Source: a virus
Strand: one strand, 5' to 3'
DNA: 64,000 nucleotides
Virus record (IMG/VR): IMGVR_UViG_3300047281_000098
Coordinates: 32,001-96,000 of that record
Below the pieces are notes generated by a model, which saw nothing but the letters and a program-made list of their open reading frames with translations, did no database searches and was not told the DNA's origin. Positions 36,898 to 47,000 of this stretch are shown here, piece after piece (position 1 is the first letter of the stretch; every line of letters starts with the position of its first letter). A program made the position numbers and the translations under genes.

Positions 36898-38547
36898 TTA
36901 AATTACGGGAGGGAACGGGTCCGGAGCTACAGTCAATATAGTTGACAGTGCTTGTCTCTGAGGAATAGATGTTCCATCTGTTAACAATGTGGTTGCTGAG
37001 TTATTTATAAATGTAGATTGCTGTGCGCCATCTGTACTAGTAAATCCGGTATCTGTTCTTACGTTTGATGATATTCTAATCCATATTCTACCGTCCCAAC
37101 GATATAGCAATTGAGGTAGATAATCAGTGCGTAGGAAGTAGTCACCTATTGCCGGTGTGACTGGGAATGCTATGCCTGTGCCCACAGGTAATCCATTAGG
37201 TGCTGCTTCTGTTCCTGTCAAATAACCAACTGTATAGCCAAATGATCGAGGACTATATCTTGAAATAAATTGAAATGCAGGGTCAACATCTGATCTAAAG
37301 TCCATTAAACTAGTCACGGCCCAATCTATTCCTTCTTGTGCCGGATCTTGATCTGTAGTAGCATACATATTATCAGCAGTGCCATATGGACCAGAGACCG
37401 ATCCCAAACTTTGAACTGATAGTATAGTATCACCCTCTACTGGACCTGATCCGCTTCCAATTGATGTAGGGTCTAGTGTGATAGTTTCTAAACTCATTTG
37501 TAGGAAAGCTGCGATAGCACTATTATTTGTATTAGCTGGTAATCTAATAACAGGACTAGCTGTTTTATACTTAGGAGATCGCATCATTACTATAATGCCT
37601 CCACCTAAGGTGAATGAATTTGTATTGATATCTGTCGGCGGGGCCGGCTGATTAAATTTACCAGACTCTATGCCGTATGTAGGTACTACATACAGATTAC
37701 TATTATCATATCCTGATTTAGGTAGCAATCTTGCTGCTTCAACTAAAATAGCATCATTAACTGCGATATTTTTATTATAAGTTGATAATATATCTTTTAA
37801 ATTTTGATTTGTATCGGGTGCCCAATATACTGTATTAGGCGGAGCAATACCAATAGGTACTGCTTGAGTAGAGGTATAATTAGTATCACCGTAAGTAATT
37901 ACGTATCCTGCAGGATACGCCTCAGTAGCATTCCAATTACCCAAGTAGTTGTCTTGATTAATTGGAGCAGTAAGAATCTGTGAGAATTCTTGACTATCAA
38001 CTAATGGTTCGCATTTGATACGCCACAAATGAGGATACCAAGTTGCCGAAAAGCCCTCAGAGGCATAATTACTATCAGTAATCTGATAATATCTGCGCAA
38101 TGAAGTAGGTATGGTCTCATTTAATGGATTATAATCTAATAGGTGAGGGAGTTCAAATACATCACCTACCATTAGTTTTCGACCAATCAAGTCTATCATG
38201 TCATTATAATGAACAGTAATAAACAGGATGTCATTATTTAAAAATAAACCAAATTGACTCAAATCAAAGTCAAGATTTTGAACATTGTAATGACCACGTA
38301 TTCTGAATATATCTGGTGCGTATGTTCTGTCACGATTTTCCAGAAAAAGCAAATCTTGTATGTTAGTTGGATTCAATTGATCATACTGAGGCTGAGTTGC
38401 ATCAATCGACGGGCCCTGATCAGTAGGACCCAAGTACTTGTGAACATACAAATCTGTTGCCCCAATGGTAAACATTTCTGATATTGTTCTATCAAAAAAT
38501 CTATAATCATTTGATTTTTGCGGTTTGTATAAACTTAATCTAGGCAT
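36898..38547 (-). CDS. Neck/head-closure protein gp14-like, extended
   Basis: DLLFLENRDR.Y, LSQFGLF, GD.FELPHL; adjacent to gp15-like; minus-strand TAAATA 38567. Confidence 0.65.
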   Translation of the reverse strand: MPRLSLYKPQKSNDYRFFDRTISEMFTIGATDLYVHKYLGPTDQGPSIDATQPQYDQLNPTNIQDLLFLENRDRTYAPDIFRIRGHYNVQNLDFDLSQFGLFLNNDILFITVHYNDMIDLIGRKLMVGDVFELPHLLDYNPLNETIPTSLRRYYQITDSNYASEGFSATWYPHLWRIKCEPLVDSQEFSQILTAPINQDNYLGNWNATEAYPAGYVITYGDTNYTSTQAVPIGIAPPNTVYWAPDTNQNLKDILSTYNKNIAVNDAILVEAARLLPKSGYDNSNLYVVPTYGIESGKFNQPAPPTDINTNSFTLGGGIIVMMRSPKYKTASPVIRLPANTNNSAIAAFLQMSLETITLDPTSIGSGSGPVEGDTILSVQSLGSVSGPYGTADNMYATTDQDPAQEGIDWAVTSLMDFRSDVDPAFQFISRYSPRSFGYTVGYLTGTEAAPNGLPVGTGIAFPVTPAIGDYFLRTDYLPQLLYRWDGRIWIRISSNVRTDTGFTSTDGAQQSTFINNSATTLLTDGTSIPQRQALSTILTVAPDPFPPVI

Positions 38548-38597
38548 ATATGTGGTCTTATACGAGTATTTATCATTTACACACTAGCTTATAAAGG

Positions 38598-38626
38598 TTG
38601 ACAATTAATCCATAATCTGATATAAT
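38598..38626 (+). promoter_or_regulatory. sigma70 promoter, same family as the 5.2-7.0 kb cassettes
   Basis: TTGACA-N17-TATAATAGACTCAACAGCAA. Confidence 0.8.
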
Positions 38627-38650
38627 AGACTCAACAGCAAGAAAGACTTT

Positions 38651-38842
38651 ATGAAGATTTTCAATTCTTTTACCGTGAGCTATGTCGTTGTAGAAACCAA
38701 TTTTGGCGATTTTAAAGTTGAAAAAAACGGATATATTACTCGTTGGGATGAAGAACTACACTCATATGTTTGGGTCGATGAGGGAAAATTTAACAGTGAT
38801 GAGCTTGAATCCATACGACAAAGAGGCTTGACACAAATTTGA
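38651..38842 (+). CDS. Early hypothetical protein
   Basis: ORF between two sigma70 promoters. Confidence 0.65.
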   Translation: MKIFNSFTVSYVVVETNFGDFKVEKNGYITRWDEELHSYVWVDEGKFNSDELESIRQRGLTQI

Positions 38843-38892
38843 TAATCTGCTATAATAGCAGCTATGACTAATTATAACCCCCGGAGCGCATA

Positions 38893-40095
38893 ATGGCAAC
38901 TCGTAAACCCAAAGTAACCGAAGATCACTCAGCAGTTAAAGCGTTGAATCCGCGTGATGCTGAAACAAAATATCTAGGCGAAGAGCCACTGTTCGCAGAA
39001 CAGCCCGTACCTGAATATCGTAATTCAGCAATTGCCCGCGGGCTTATGTGGTATCACAGATTTTACGGACGCAAAGATGCTCGTGATATGCTTGCTGCTT
39101 ATTTAGAGACACACGGACGCACCGCAGATGCTAAGATCATGCGCAAAGTAGTTGACCAAGAATTTATGCTCCCCACATTCGCTTGGCTCTCTCGCATGAC
39201 ACTACGTGGACTGGAATTGACTGAACACGAAATGATGACGATGGAAAATGAAATCACACGATTGCTTGACACCATCAATAAGCCTGAAGTCAAGGAAGTA
39301 AGTCGTTTTACTACAGCAGCCAAGACTACAGAAGAAGTAGCAGTTACTCGTAACAATGTTCAAGAGACCATGCGCGAAAAAGCTCGGGAAGCTGCTGGTG
39401 AACTTGAAGGTCTTATTGATGAATTTCACGGACTGTCATCCCCTACAAAGCACACTCTTCGTCCGATTGATGAAGTAGCCAAAAAGAATGTGCTGCCGCA
39501 ACATATCAGTATGCTCACCGAAGTTTGGCAAAAGAAACTTGCTGAAATGGAAGAAGTACTAGTTGGTAAAGATGCGCAGCTAGTAGAAGGTTACTCCCAC
39601 TATAGCAAACAACAGATCAAAAATACAATCAAATTTATTGAACTGGTGCTCAGTGATTTGAGTAGCTATATCAGTGTTAAGAAGTCTGCTAAAGCTCCGC
39701 GTGCTCGTAAAGCTGTTCCAGTAGAAAAGATTGTAGCAAAACTTCAATATCTGAAAACATTTAAAGATGCCGCTGCTAAGATTGACTTAGTAAGTGTTCA
39801 TCCTATCAAAATTCACGGAGCAAGTGAAGCATGGGTATATGATACTGCTAAGCGTAAACTTCATCACTACATTGCCGATGAATACTCAAAAACATTCACT
39901 GTTAAAGGCAATACGCTATTAGGATTTGACACCGCACAAAGTGAAGTCAAAACTCTACGCAAGCCCGGAGAACAATTGAAGGAAGTTATGGGAAGCAAGC
40001 CTGTTGCTCGTAAGTACTTCAAAGATATCAAGTCAGTAGCAACTATTCCAAACGGTAGATTCAATGCTGCTATGATAATTTTGAAAGCATTCTAA
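38893..40095 (+). CDS. Hypothetical protein (basic, 400 aa)
   Basis: Promoter 38828-38856; GGAG RBS; long ORF with phage-like codon usage. Confidence 0.75.
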   Translation: MATRKPKVTEDHSAVKALNPRDAETKYLGEEPLFAEQPVPEYRNSAIARGLMWYHRFYGRKDARDMLAAYLETHGRTADAKIMRKVVDQEFMLPTFAWLSRMTLRGLELTEHEMMTMENEITRLLDTINKPEVKEVSRFTTAAKTTEEVAVTRNNVQETMREKAREAAGELEGLIDEFHGLSSPTKHTLRPIDEVAKKNVLPQHISMLTEVWQKKLAEMEEVLVGKDAQLVEGYSHYSKQQIKNTIKFIELVLSDLSSYISVKKSAKAPRARKAVPVEKIVAKLQYLKTFKDAAAKIDLVSVHPIKIHGASEAWVYDTAKRKLHHYIADEYSKTFTVKGNTLLGFDTAQSEVKTLRKPGEQLKEVMGSKPVARKYFKDIKSVATIPNGRFNAAMIILKAF

Positions 40096-40673
40096 TGAAT
40101 GCATTATTTGAGTTCGAGAACAGCAACAAAGCCGTAGCAAAAAATCTTGGATATGTTGGTGCCCCTGTAACAAAGCTCAAAGCTGGTAGAGATAGTGATA
40201 GTTGGTATACTCCAGGAGAGTATATTGAGAGTGCCAGATTCGCCCTCGGTACAATCGATTTGGACCCATTCAGCAGCGCACTAGCTAATGAGATAGTTGG
40301 TGCTACCAAGTATCACAGTGAGGACGACAGTTCATTGAACGTTGACTGGAAAGCTAGAACAGTATGGATGAATCCACCGTACGGGCCACTATGCGGTGCC
40401 GCGGTTGATAAATTCATTGAACAGTTCACGGCTAAGAATTTTGTCGAAGGCATCATACTAGTCAATAACTCTACAGATACTAAATGGTTCAAGCGCCTAT
40501 CAGAACACGCATCTGCTTGGTGCTTCACCGACCACAGAATTGGGTTTAACGCACCCGATGGCAAATCACTTGGCGGCAACACCCGCGGTCAGGTATTCAT
40601 CTACTTCGGGCCTAATGTTCAGAAGTTTAAACAACAGTTCGATGAACACGGACTGGTCCTACAGAAAGCATAA
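40095..40673 (+). CDS. Phage DNA N6-adenine methyltransferase
   Basis: WYTP, IDLDP, VWMNPPYG, TDTKWF, RI.F. Confidence 0.88.
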   Translation: MNALFEFENSNKAVAKNLGYVGAPVTKLKAGRDSDSWYTPGEYIESARFALGTIDLDPFSSALANEIVGATKYHSEDDSSLNVDWKARTVWMNPPYGPLCGAAVDKFIEQFTAKNFVEGIILVNNSTDTKWFKRLSEHASAWCFTDHRIGFNAPDGKSLGGNTRGQVFIYFGPNVQKFKQQFDEHGLVLQKA

Positions 40674-40674
40674 T

Positions 40675-41115
40675 ATGACAAAACAAATCGACCTAAACAA
40701 ATACAAAGACTTCGTTGAAGCAGTCACAAGTAAGGAAAGTAACGACCTTACAACGTTTATGAGTCGTCTAGATGAACTAGATGCTAACTTTGATGAGGTA
40801 ACTGTCAGTCACGGACCTGATGTTAATATCCCTCTATTGATCACTGCTTGCTTTGGCCTCGCTGCTGAAGCCGGTGAGTTTATTGAAGTGCCCAAGAAAA
40901 TCATTTTTCAGGGTAAGCGACTGTCCGAAGCCGAAGTCTATCACATGAAACGTGAACTCGGTGACGTATTTTGGTATTGGATGAATGCGTGTCGTGCGCT
41001 GAATCTTGATCCCAATGATGTAATTGACGAAAATGTACGCAAGCTAGAATCTCGTTATCCCGGTGGCTCATTTGATGCTCACTATTCTGAAAATCGTAAA
41101 GAAGGCGATATTTAA
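40675..41115 (+). CDS. mazG: MazG-like nucleotide pyrophosphohydrolase
   Basis: GLAAEAGEF.E..KK, ELGDVFWY, N..KL..RYP. True start at ATG 40675. Confidence 0.88.
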   Translation: MTKQIDLNKYKDFVEAVTSKESNDLTTFMSRLDELDANFDEVTVSHGPDVNIPLLITACFGLAAEAGEFIEVPKKIIFQGKRLSEAEVYHMKRELGDVFWYWMNACRALNLDPNDVIDENVRKLESRYPGGSFDAHYSENRKEGDI

Positions 41116-41117
41116 AT

Positions 41118-41700
41118 AATAGGGCTTCGGCCCTATTTCCGTTATTGGCTTATAGGTAGCACCACCTCGAAGTGTGCCATTAATCCGTCCCCGACCCGCG
41201 TTGTGACGGTAGTTAAGATGAATGCCAACATCATATTTATGGGACTACCCTTCGGGATGCCTAAACGCCTGCTCCATAGCAGTTCACGTTTCCTATATCT
41301 TAATGGTTGAGATAGAGTAATCTACTAGAAGCATTGCCGCGTCAAAGTAATAGCGATAGAGGGCGCGGGCTGGTTAAATCTTCCTAATGAACAATGATTT
41401 AACAACAGCGAATACGGCAAATTCCCTCACGGGTCAGTGAGACATAGACAATCCTCCACTATAATTTTTGAATTCATTATCGCACCCGTACCAGGGCCTC
41501 AAGAATGGATATTTTTGGTGAGTAGGTATTTTATATCTACTCGCCTATGCCTAAGAATGAATAGAGATTAGTACCCACTGAAGTTTTAGTTGAATGAATT
41601 GTATTACTAAGACCGAACTTAGTTGAGCAAAGCGAAGACTAAGAGAAGGGCTGATGACCGAGGTCATCCTTATACTGAGTTTTATATTAAATGAGTAACT
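41118..41700 (+). ncRNA. Candidate large structured non-coding element (ncRNA or origin)
   Basis: Longest intergenic gap in the window; more than 10 hairpins, two cUUCGg loops, and G-U pairs favouring the + strand. Confidence 0.45.
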
Positions 41701-41744
41701 TCGGATACAAATCATAAATACTCTATACACTCTGGGAATTATAT

Positions 41745-42509
41745 ATGGCACTAGGAATGACTCTTGACGAACTTAAACAAACAATGTTTGCTAATCTTGG
41801 CTACAGGCTTGGTGCCGGCATTATTGATTTAGAACTAGACCCTGAACACTATGAAGCAGCGTATCAGTATGCCATCAAAGTATATCGTCAACGGGCGCAG
41901 AATGCCACTGAAGAAACTTACACGTTATTTTCCACTGAAAAGAATATGGATATATACACATTACCTGAACAGTTTATCAATGTTCGTTCGTTATTCAGAC
42001 GCACCGTTGGTTTAGATACAGGTCCAGGAGCATCATCATTTGATCCGTTCAGCAGTGCTATTCTCAACACCTACTTATTGAACTATAATGTCTCTGGTGG
42101 TCTAGCTACATATGATCTTTATGCTGGTTATGTTGAGTTGGCTGCTCGTATGTTTGGTGGTTATGTTGTCTACACCTTTAATCCTGTTACTAAAGTACTG
42201 CGCATTGTTCGTGATCCTAAGAGTACAGGAGAAAAGATTCTTATTTGGGCTGACGTATTGAAGCCAGAAGAAGTTCTGCTACAAGACCCGGGTTCAGGTG
42301 TATGGATTGCTGATTGGACTCTTGCGATCCTTAAGGGTATCATCGGCGATGCTCGTGAGAAGTTCGCAAGCATAGCGGGGCCAGGCGGTGGAACTTCATT
42401 GAACGGTTCAGCTATGAAAGCAGACGGCGAAAAAATGCAGGCAGCATTGCTAGAAGACTTAAAACGCTTTGTTGACTACTCGCAGCCACTGACATGGGTA
42501 CAAGGCTAA
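41745..42509 (+). CDS. Neck protein gp13-like
   Basis: YRLGAG.IDLEL, A..K.IIG.AR.KF..I.GPGGG.SLNG; late TAAATA 41715. Confidence 0.8.
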   Translation: MALGMTLDELKQTMFANLGYRLGAGIIDLELDPEHYEAAYQYAIKVYRQRAQNATEETYTLFSTEKNMDIYTLPEQFINVRSLFRRTVGLDTGPGASSFDPFSSAILNTYLLNYNVSGGLATYDLYAGYVELAARMFGGYVVYTFNPVTKVLRIVRDPKSTGEKILIWADVLKPEEVLLQDPGSGVWIADWTLAILKGIIGDAREKFASIAGPGGGTSLNGSAMKADGEKMQAALLEDLKRFVDYSQPLTWVQG

Positions 42510-42892
42510 TGAAATCCTCTGAATTTATCATAGAATCAGCACAGCGCGTAGGCCCTGTCTATCACGGGACCAGTGGTTCTTTTACTAATTTCAATGATGC
42601 TACATTGGGAACTAGTTCAGGTGACCCTAACACAGTATTAGGGCATTTCTTCACATCTTCAAAAGAAGAAGCACTTATGTATGGTAAAAATATCATCGCT
42701 GCTCAATTAGTACTACGTAATCCATATGAAGCTACTATGGATGAGTTGGTTAGTTTGGATGAAGAAGACTATCGAACAATGCGTGAAGAACTGATTGAAG
42801 ATGGATACGACAGTATTATTGCTCTGCATGATGAGGGTGCTGACGTGTGGTATGTTGTATTCTCTAATACCCAAATTAAAATAATACAATAA
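42509..42892 (+). CDS. ADP-ribosyltransferase-fold protein, probably capsid-packaged
   Basis: MKSSEFIIES start; VYHGT, G.FFT, A..YG, L.L.NP, GYDSII, YVVF...QIK. Confidence 0.6.
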   Translation: MKSSEFIIESAQRVGPVYHGTSGSFTNFNDATLGTSSGDPNTVLGHFFTSSKEEALMYGKNIIAAQLVLRNPYEATMDELVSLDEEDYRTMREELIEDGYDSIIALHDEGADVWYVVFSNTQIKIIQ

Positions 42893-42959
42893 CATTAACC
42901 TAAAATACTTTATTTTGTGACAGTTTTGTGATATACTAAGTATAATACAGGAGTTACAT

Positions 42960-43595
42960 ATGATTATTAGCGTGTCAGGATTTATAGGTTCTGGTAAAGA
43001 TACAGTCGCAGATTATCTCACTACATTTCACGGGTACAAGAAATTAAGTTTTGCCTCGTCATTAAAAGACGCTGTTGCGGCAGTCTTTGGGTGGGAAAGA
43101 GATTTACTTGAAGGTATTACTAAGCATAGCAGAGAGTGGCGAGACCAAGTTGATCCATGGTGGGCCGACAGATTGAATGTACCCCATCTTACCCCGCGTT
43201 GGGTTCTACAATACTGGGGCACAGAAGTTTGTCGTCATGGATTTCACGATGATATCTGGGTTGCTAGTCTTGAAAATAGAGTACGACAAAGTAAAGATAA
43301 TATCGTCATCACTGACTGTCGGTTTAAGAATGAAATTATCGCAGTCAAGAACGCAGGCGGAACAACACTGAGAGTTACACGAGGATTGTTGCCTGAATGG
43401 TATGACGATGCCATTGCTTATAATTTAGGACCTAATAACAATTCTCATTGGGCACTAGGCAAAGCAAGTTTAGATAAATTGCGCATTCATGCCAGCGAAT
43501 ATAGCAGCGTTGGGTTAGAGTATGATTATCAAGTTGATAACAACAACACAATTGATACACTACATAGAACGGTAGAATCAATAATCAACCGCTAG
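42960..43595 (+). CDS. Deoxynucleoside monophosphate kinase (gp1-like)
   Basis: GFIGSGKDT, SFA..LKD, TPR.VLQ.WGTE, ITDCRF.NE, H.SE. Confidence 0.9.
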   Translation: MIISVSGFIGSGKDTVADYLTTFHGYKKLSFASSLKDAVAAVFGWERDLLEGITKHSREWRDQVDPWWADRLNVPHLTPRWVLQYWGTEVCRHGFHDDIWVASLENRVRQSKDNIVITDCRFKNEIIAVKNAGGTTLRVTRGLLPEWYDDAIAYNLGPNNNSHWALGKASLDKLRIHASEYSSVGLEYDYQVDNNNTIDTLHRTVESIINR

Positions 43596-43925
43596 GTCGC
43601 CTCTTTTCCAATTAACTTCCTTACGTTTTACAACCTCAATACAGTTCAGACATATACTTTTTAGATTGGATAACTCTATGTTATCCAATTTACCATCTAT
43701 GTGAAAGACAGTGATCTGTGAGGGGTATGAACTATGAAAGCCGCATAAGTCACATATAGATTTTTTCTTGTATCTACTTTTTTGCCAATTTGGTTTTCTA
43801 GGCTTTGCTTTAGATTTTTTCCTACCACACTCATCGCAATAACTTCGATAGTGTGGTATTCCTATGCGGTGATAGTTTATAGCACACATATTTTTATTAC
43901 ATTGATTGCATATCGGTCTTATCAT
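43578..43925 (-). CDS. Zn-binding HNH-like protein
   Basis: CxxC pairs; V.HIDG...N....NL..ICLNC; minus-strand TAAATA 5 nt before the ATG. Confidence 0.65.
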   Translation of the reverse strand: MIRPICNQCNKNMCAINYHRIGIPHYRSYCDECGRKKSKAKPRKPNWQKSRYKKKSICDLCGFHSSYPSQITVFHIDGKLDNIELSNLKSICLNCIEVVKRKEVNWKRGDLAVDY

Positions 43926-44044
43926 ATGAGTATTTAACAAAAAACCTTCGAAGGCACGGTAATGAGTACTTTTTGAAAGATAAAACTAAATACTATTATG
44001 CATTTAGGTTGTAAACCTCATAATCTTACTAAAGGAAAAATAAA

Positions 44045-47000
44045 ATGGCATTAACATCACCAGGCGTAGAAGTAACAATCACAGACCAGAGCCAATACTT
44101 ACCGGCTCCGGGTGGATCAGTTCCACTTGTTATATTAGCTACTGCACAAAACAAAGCAGACGCATCTGGTACAGGAGTTGCAGCTGCAACTACTGCTGCT
44201 AATGCAGGGAAATTATATCAGATAACAAGTCAACGCGATTTGGTAAATCTATATGGTTCACCGTTCTTCTACTCAACAACTAACGGAACACCTATTCAAG
44301 GATATGAATTAAATGAATACGGTCTATTAGCTGCTTACTCAACATTAGGTGTTACTAATCGTTGTTATGTATTACGTGCTGATATTGACTTGGCTAGTTT
44401 AGTTGGTCAAACAGGTCGTCCAGTTGGATTTCCAGAAAATAATACTTACTGGTTAGATACTACTAGCAGCACTTGGGGCATATATGTATTCAATCAAACT
44501 ACTGGTAAATTTTCGTTACAAACTCCTATTGTCATTACTAACCCTGATGATTTAACAGGTGGGGTACCTAATTCAACTATAGGAAATATTGGTAATTATG
44601 CGGTTAACGCATTGGAAACTGCATATTCATTCGAGTCCGATGCATCAAATAGAGAATTCTTCTATAAATCTTCTTTCAATGTTTGGGTACCATTAGGCGG
44701 TACGGCATGGAAGAAAGATGTGCCTACAGTATCAGGAACAACATCAAATCCTGTACTAAGTCCGGGCACATTTACTATCAATTTAAATGGAATATATATT
44801 ACTACAATAACAGTTCCAGTATTTCCTAACAATAATGTATATGGTGTAGCAGCAGCAATAAATAATTTAAATTGGTTTCAATTAACTGCTAGTGTACGAA
44901 ATAATAAATTGTGTATTTTTTCATCACAAAATAGTAATTTGTCCGGGGCAATGACTCTTTCTCAAACAGGTACTGTGTTAGATGAACTTGGTATAGTAGC
45001 AAAAACATATTATCAAGCAGGTGTTGAATTTGGTACTGCAGCGCAAATGCCATTATGGACTTCTAGTCAAGCCCAACCGCACCCAACTGGGTCTGTATGG
45101 ATAAAGGTTGGTCAATCTGGTAACGGTTTAGCACCAGTTGTTGCTAATTTTAATGCAGTAACTAATATTTGGCAAAATAAAAACGTGTCATTGGCAACCT
45201 CAGATGCTCAGGTTAATTCCAATTTAGATGCTACTGGTGGTAAATTAATTCCTGCCGGATCTATCTATGCTCAATATGATCCTAGTTACGTAACAGCACC
45301 TCTATATCTATGGGAAAGAATCGCTACTGGGCCTACTGTTGTGACAGGAAGTGTATCAAATCCTGTACTTAACAGCGGTCCGTACGTGATGACTGTACAA
45401 ACATCAGTGCCAGGATCTCCGACTTTATCATCAGTGTATTCTGTAACAGTACCTGACAACACAGACGCTAGTGGATTTGTAACTGCTTGGACTGCGACAA
45501 ATATATTATATACTACTGCCTCAGTAACTACTGACGGTGCTATTCAGATAACTCATACTGATGGTGGATCAATTAATCTTTCTGATCTAGTAGCTGGTGT
45601 ATCTAACGGATTGTTATCCGCAGTTGGATTCAATATCAATAGTACTGCTGGATGTAAATACGGGCCAACTGTATCAATTAATTTCTCAGACGTTCCTCAG
45701 CTATCAACAACTGGTGTGGGAACAAATGGTCTGTTTAATATTATATCTGAATATTCAGCATATGTTGTATCATTTGGTGGAGTTGGCTCTACTGGTGGTA
45801 GTGGATATGCAGTAGGTGATAATATTACTATTTCAGGCGCAGTGCTTGGTGGTACTACACCTACAAATGATCTAGTTATCAAAGTAACTAGTGTAAGTAT
45901 TACAAATGCTATAACTTCAGTGATGTATGTATCAGGATCTACTCCTAATAATTACGCAACAGAATTGAGCAATTGGAGATCATTTACTTATACAGCAAAT
46001 GAAGGTTCACCAGTAGCTGCGCCTGTCAATGATACAAATTGGTTCTTCAGTGTTGTTGATCAAGTTGATATTATGGTACAAAAAGGCGGTGTGTGGATTG
46101 GTTACGGTCAAACGTCATACGATAGTTCAGGTTTCCCTGCTGCTACTGGTGTTAATGCCACTGATCCTAACGGACCAATCATTGCTGCTACTGCTCCTAC
46201 TACCCAAAGTGATGGTACAGCATTGGTATACGGTGATTTATGGATGAGTACAAGTGACTTGGAACTATATCCTCTACTATCTCGTTGGGAAGCAATCGAT
46301 TCTTTGACCAATGGTTGGGTTCTTTTAGACAATTCAGATCAAGTAAGTTCATCTGGTGTTGTATTTGCGGATGCTCGTTGGGCAACTTCAGGCACAGTAA
46401 GTCCTACTGATGATCCTATCGCAACTATCCCTACATTGCTACAAAGCAATTATCTAGATTTAGATGCTCCTACTGCTACGCTATATCCACAAGGTATGTT
46501 GTTGTTTAACACACGCCGCTCAGGTTATAACGTTAAGCAATACAAAGCTAATTACTTCAATTCAACTGACTTCGCTGGTGATACATTACCAGTTCAAAAA
46601 GCAGCTTGGGTCACGATAAGTGGTAATCAAGCAAATGGTTCTCCGTATATGGGTCGTAAAGCTCAACGTGCAGTAGTTGTTCAAGCAATGAATGCTGTTG
46701 TTGCTACTAACATGGCAATACGTGATGAAGACAATGCGTTTAACTTAATGGCAGCTCCTAATTATCCTGAACTACAGCCTAACATGGTTGTGTTGAATAA
46801 TGATCGTGGTGATACTGGATACATATTAGGTGACACCCCAATGCGTTTACCTGACGATGCTACTGCTATTCAAGCATGGGCTACTAACGCAGCAGGTGCT
46901 ACATCAACCGGCGAAGATGGTTGCGTAACTCGTGATACTTATTTAGGATTGTTCTACCCAAGTGGTATCACTAACGATTTATCAGGTAATTTAGTTGCAG

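Noticed and set aside
40540-40674. N-terminal extension of MazG and the upstream alternative starts of array genes in the ORF track
   Set aside because: They overlap the preceding genes; ATGs at the stop-start junctions are the more plausible starts.
41651-41670. Hammerhead ribozyme (CTGATGA core)
   Set aside because: No GAAA after a stem II, and the CTGATGA bases are themselves paired in a hairpin.
41118-41700. tRNA, tmRNA, RNase P RNA, group I intron or the 66-aa minus ORF 41551..41751
   Set aside because: No T-loop/CCA ends or RNase P conserved boxes found, the region does not interrupt a gene, and the ORF lacks an RBS and overlaps a late promoter.
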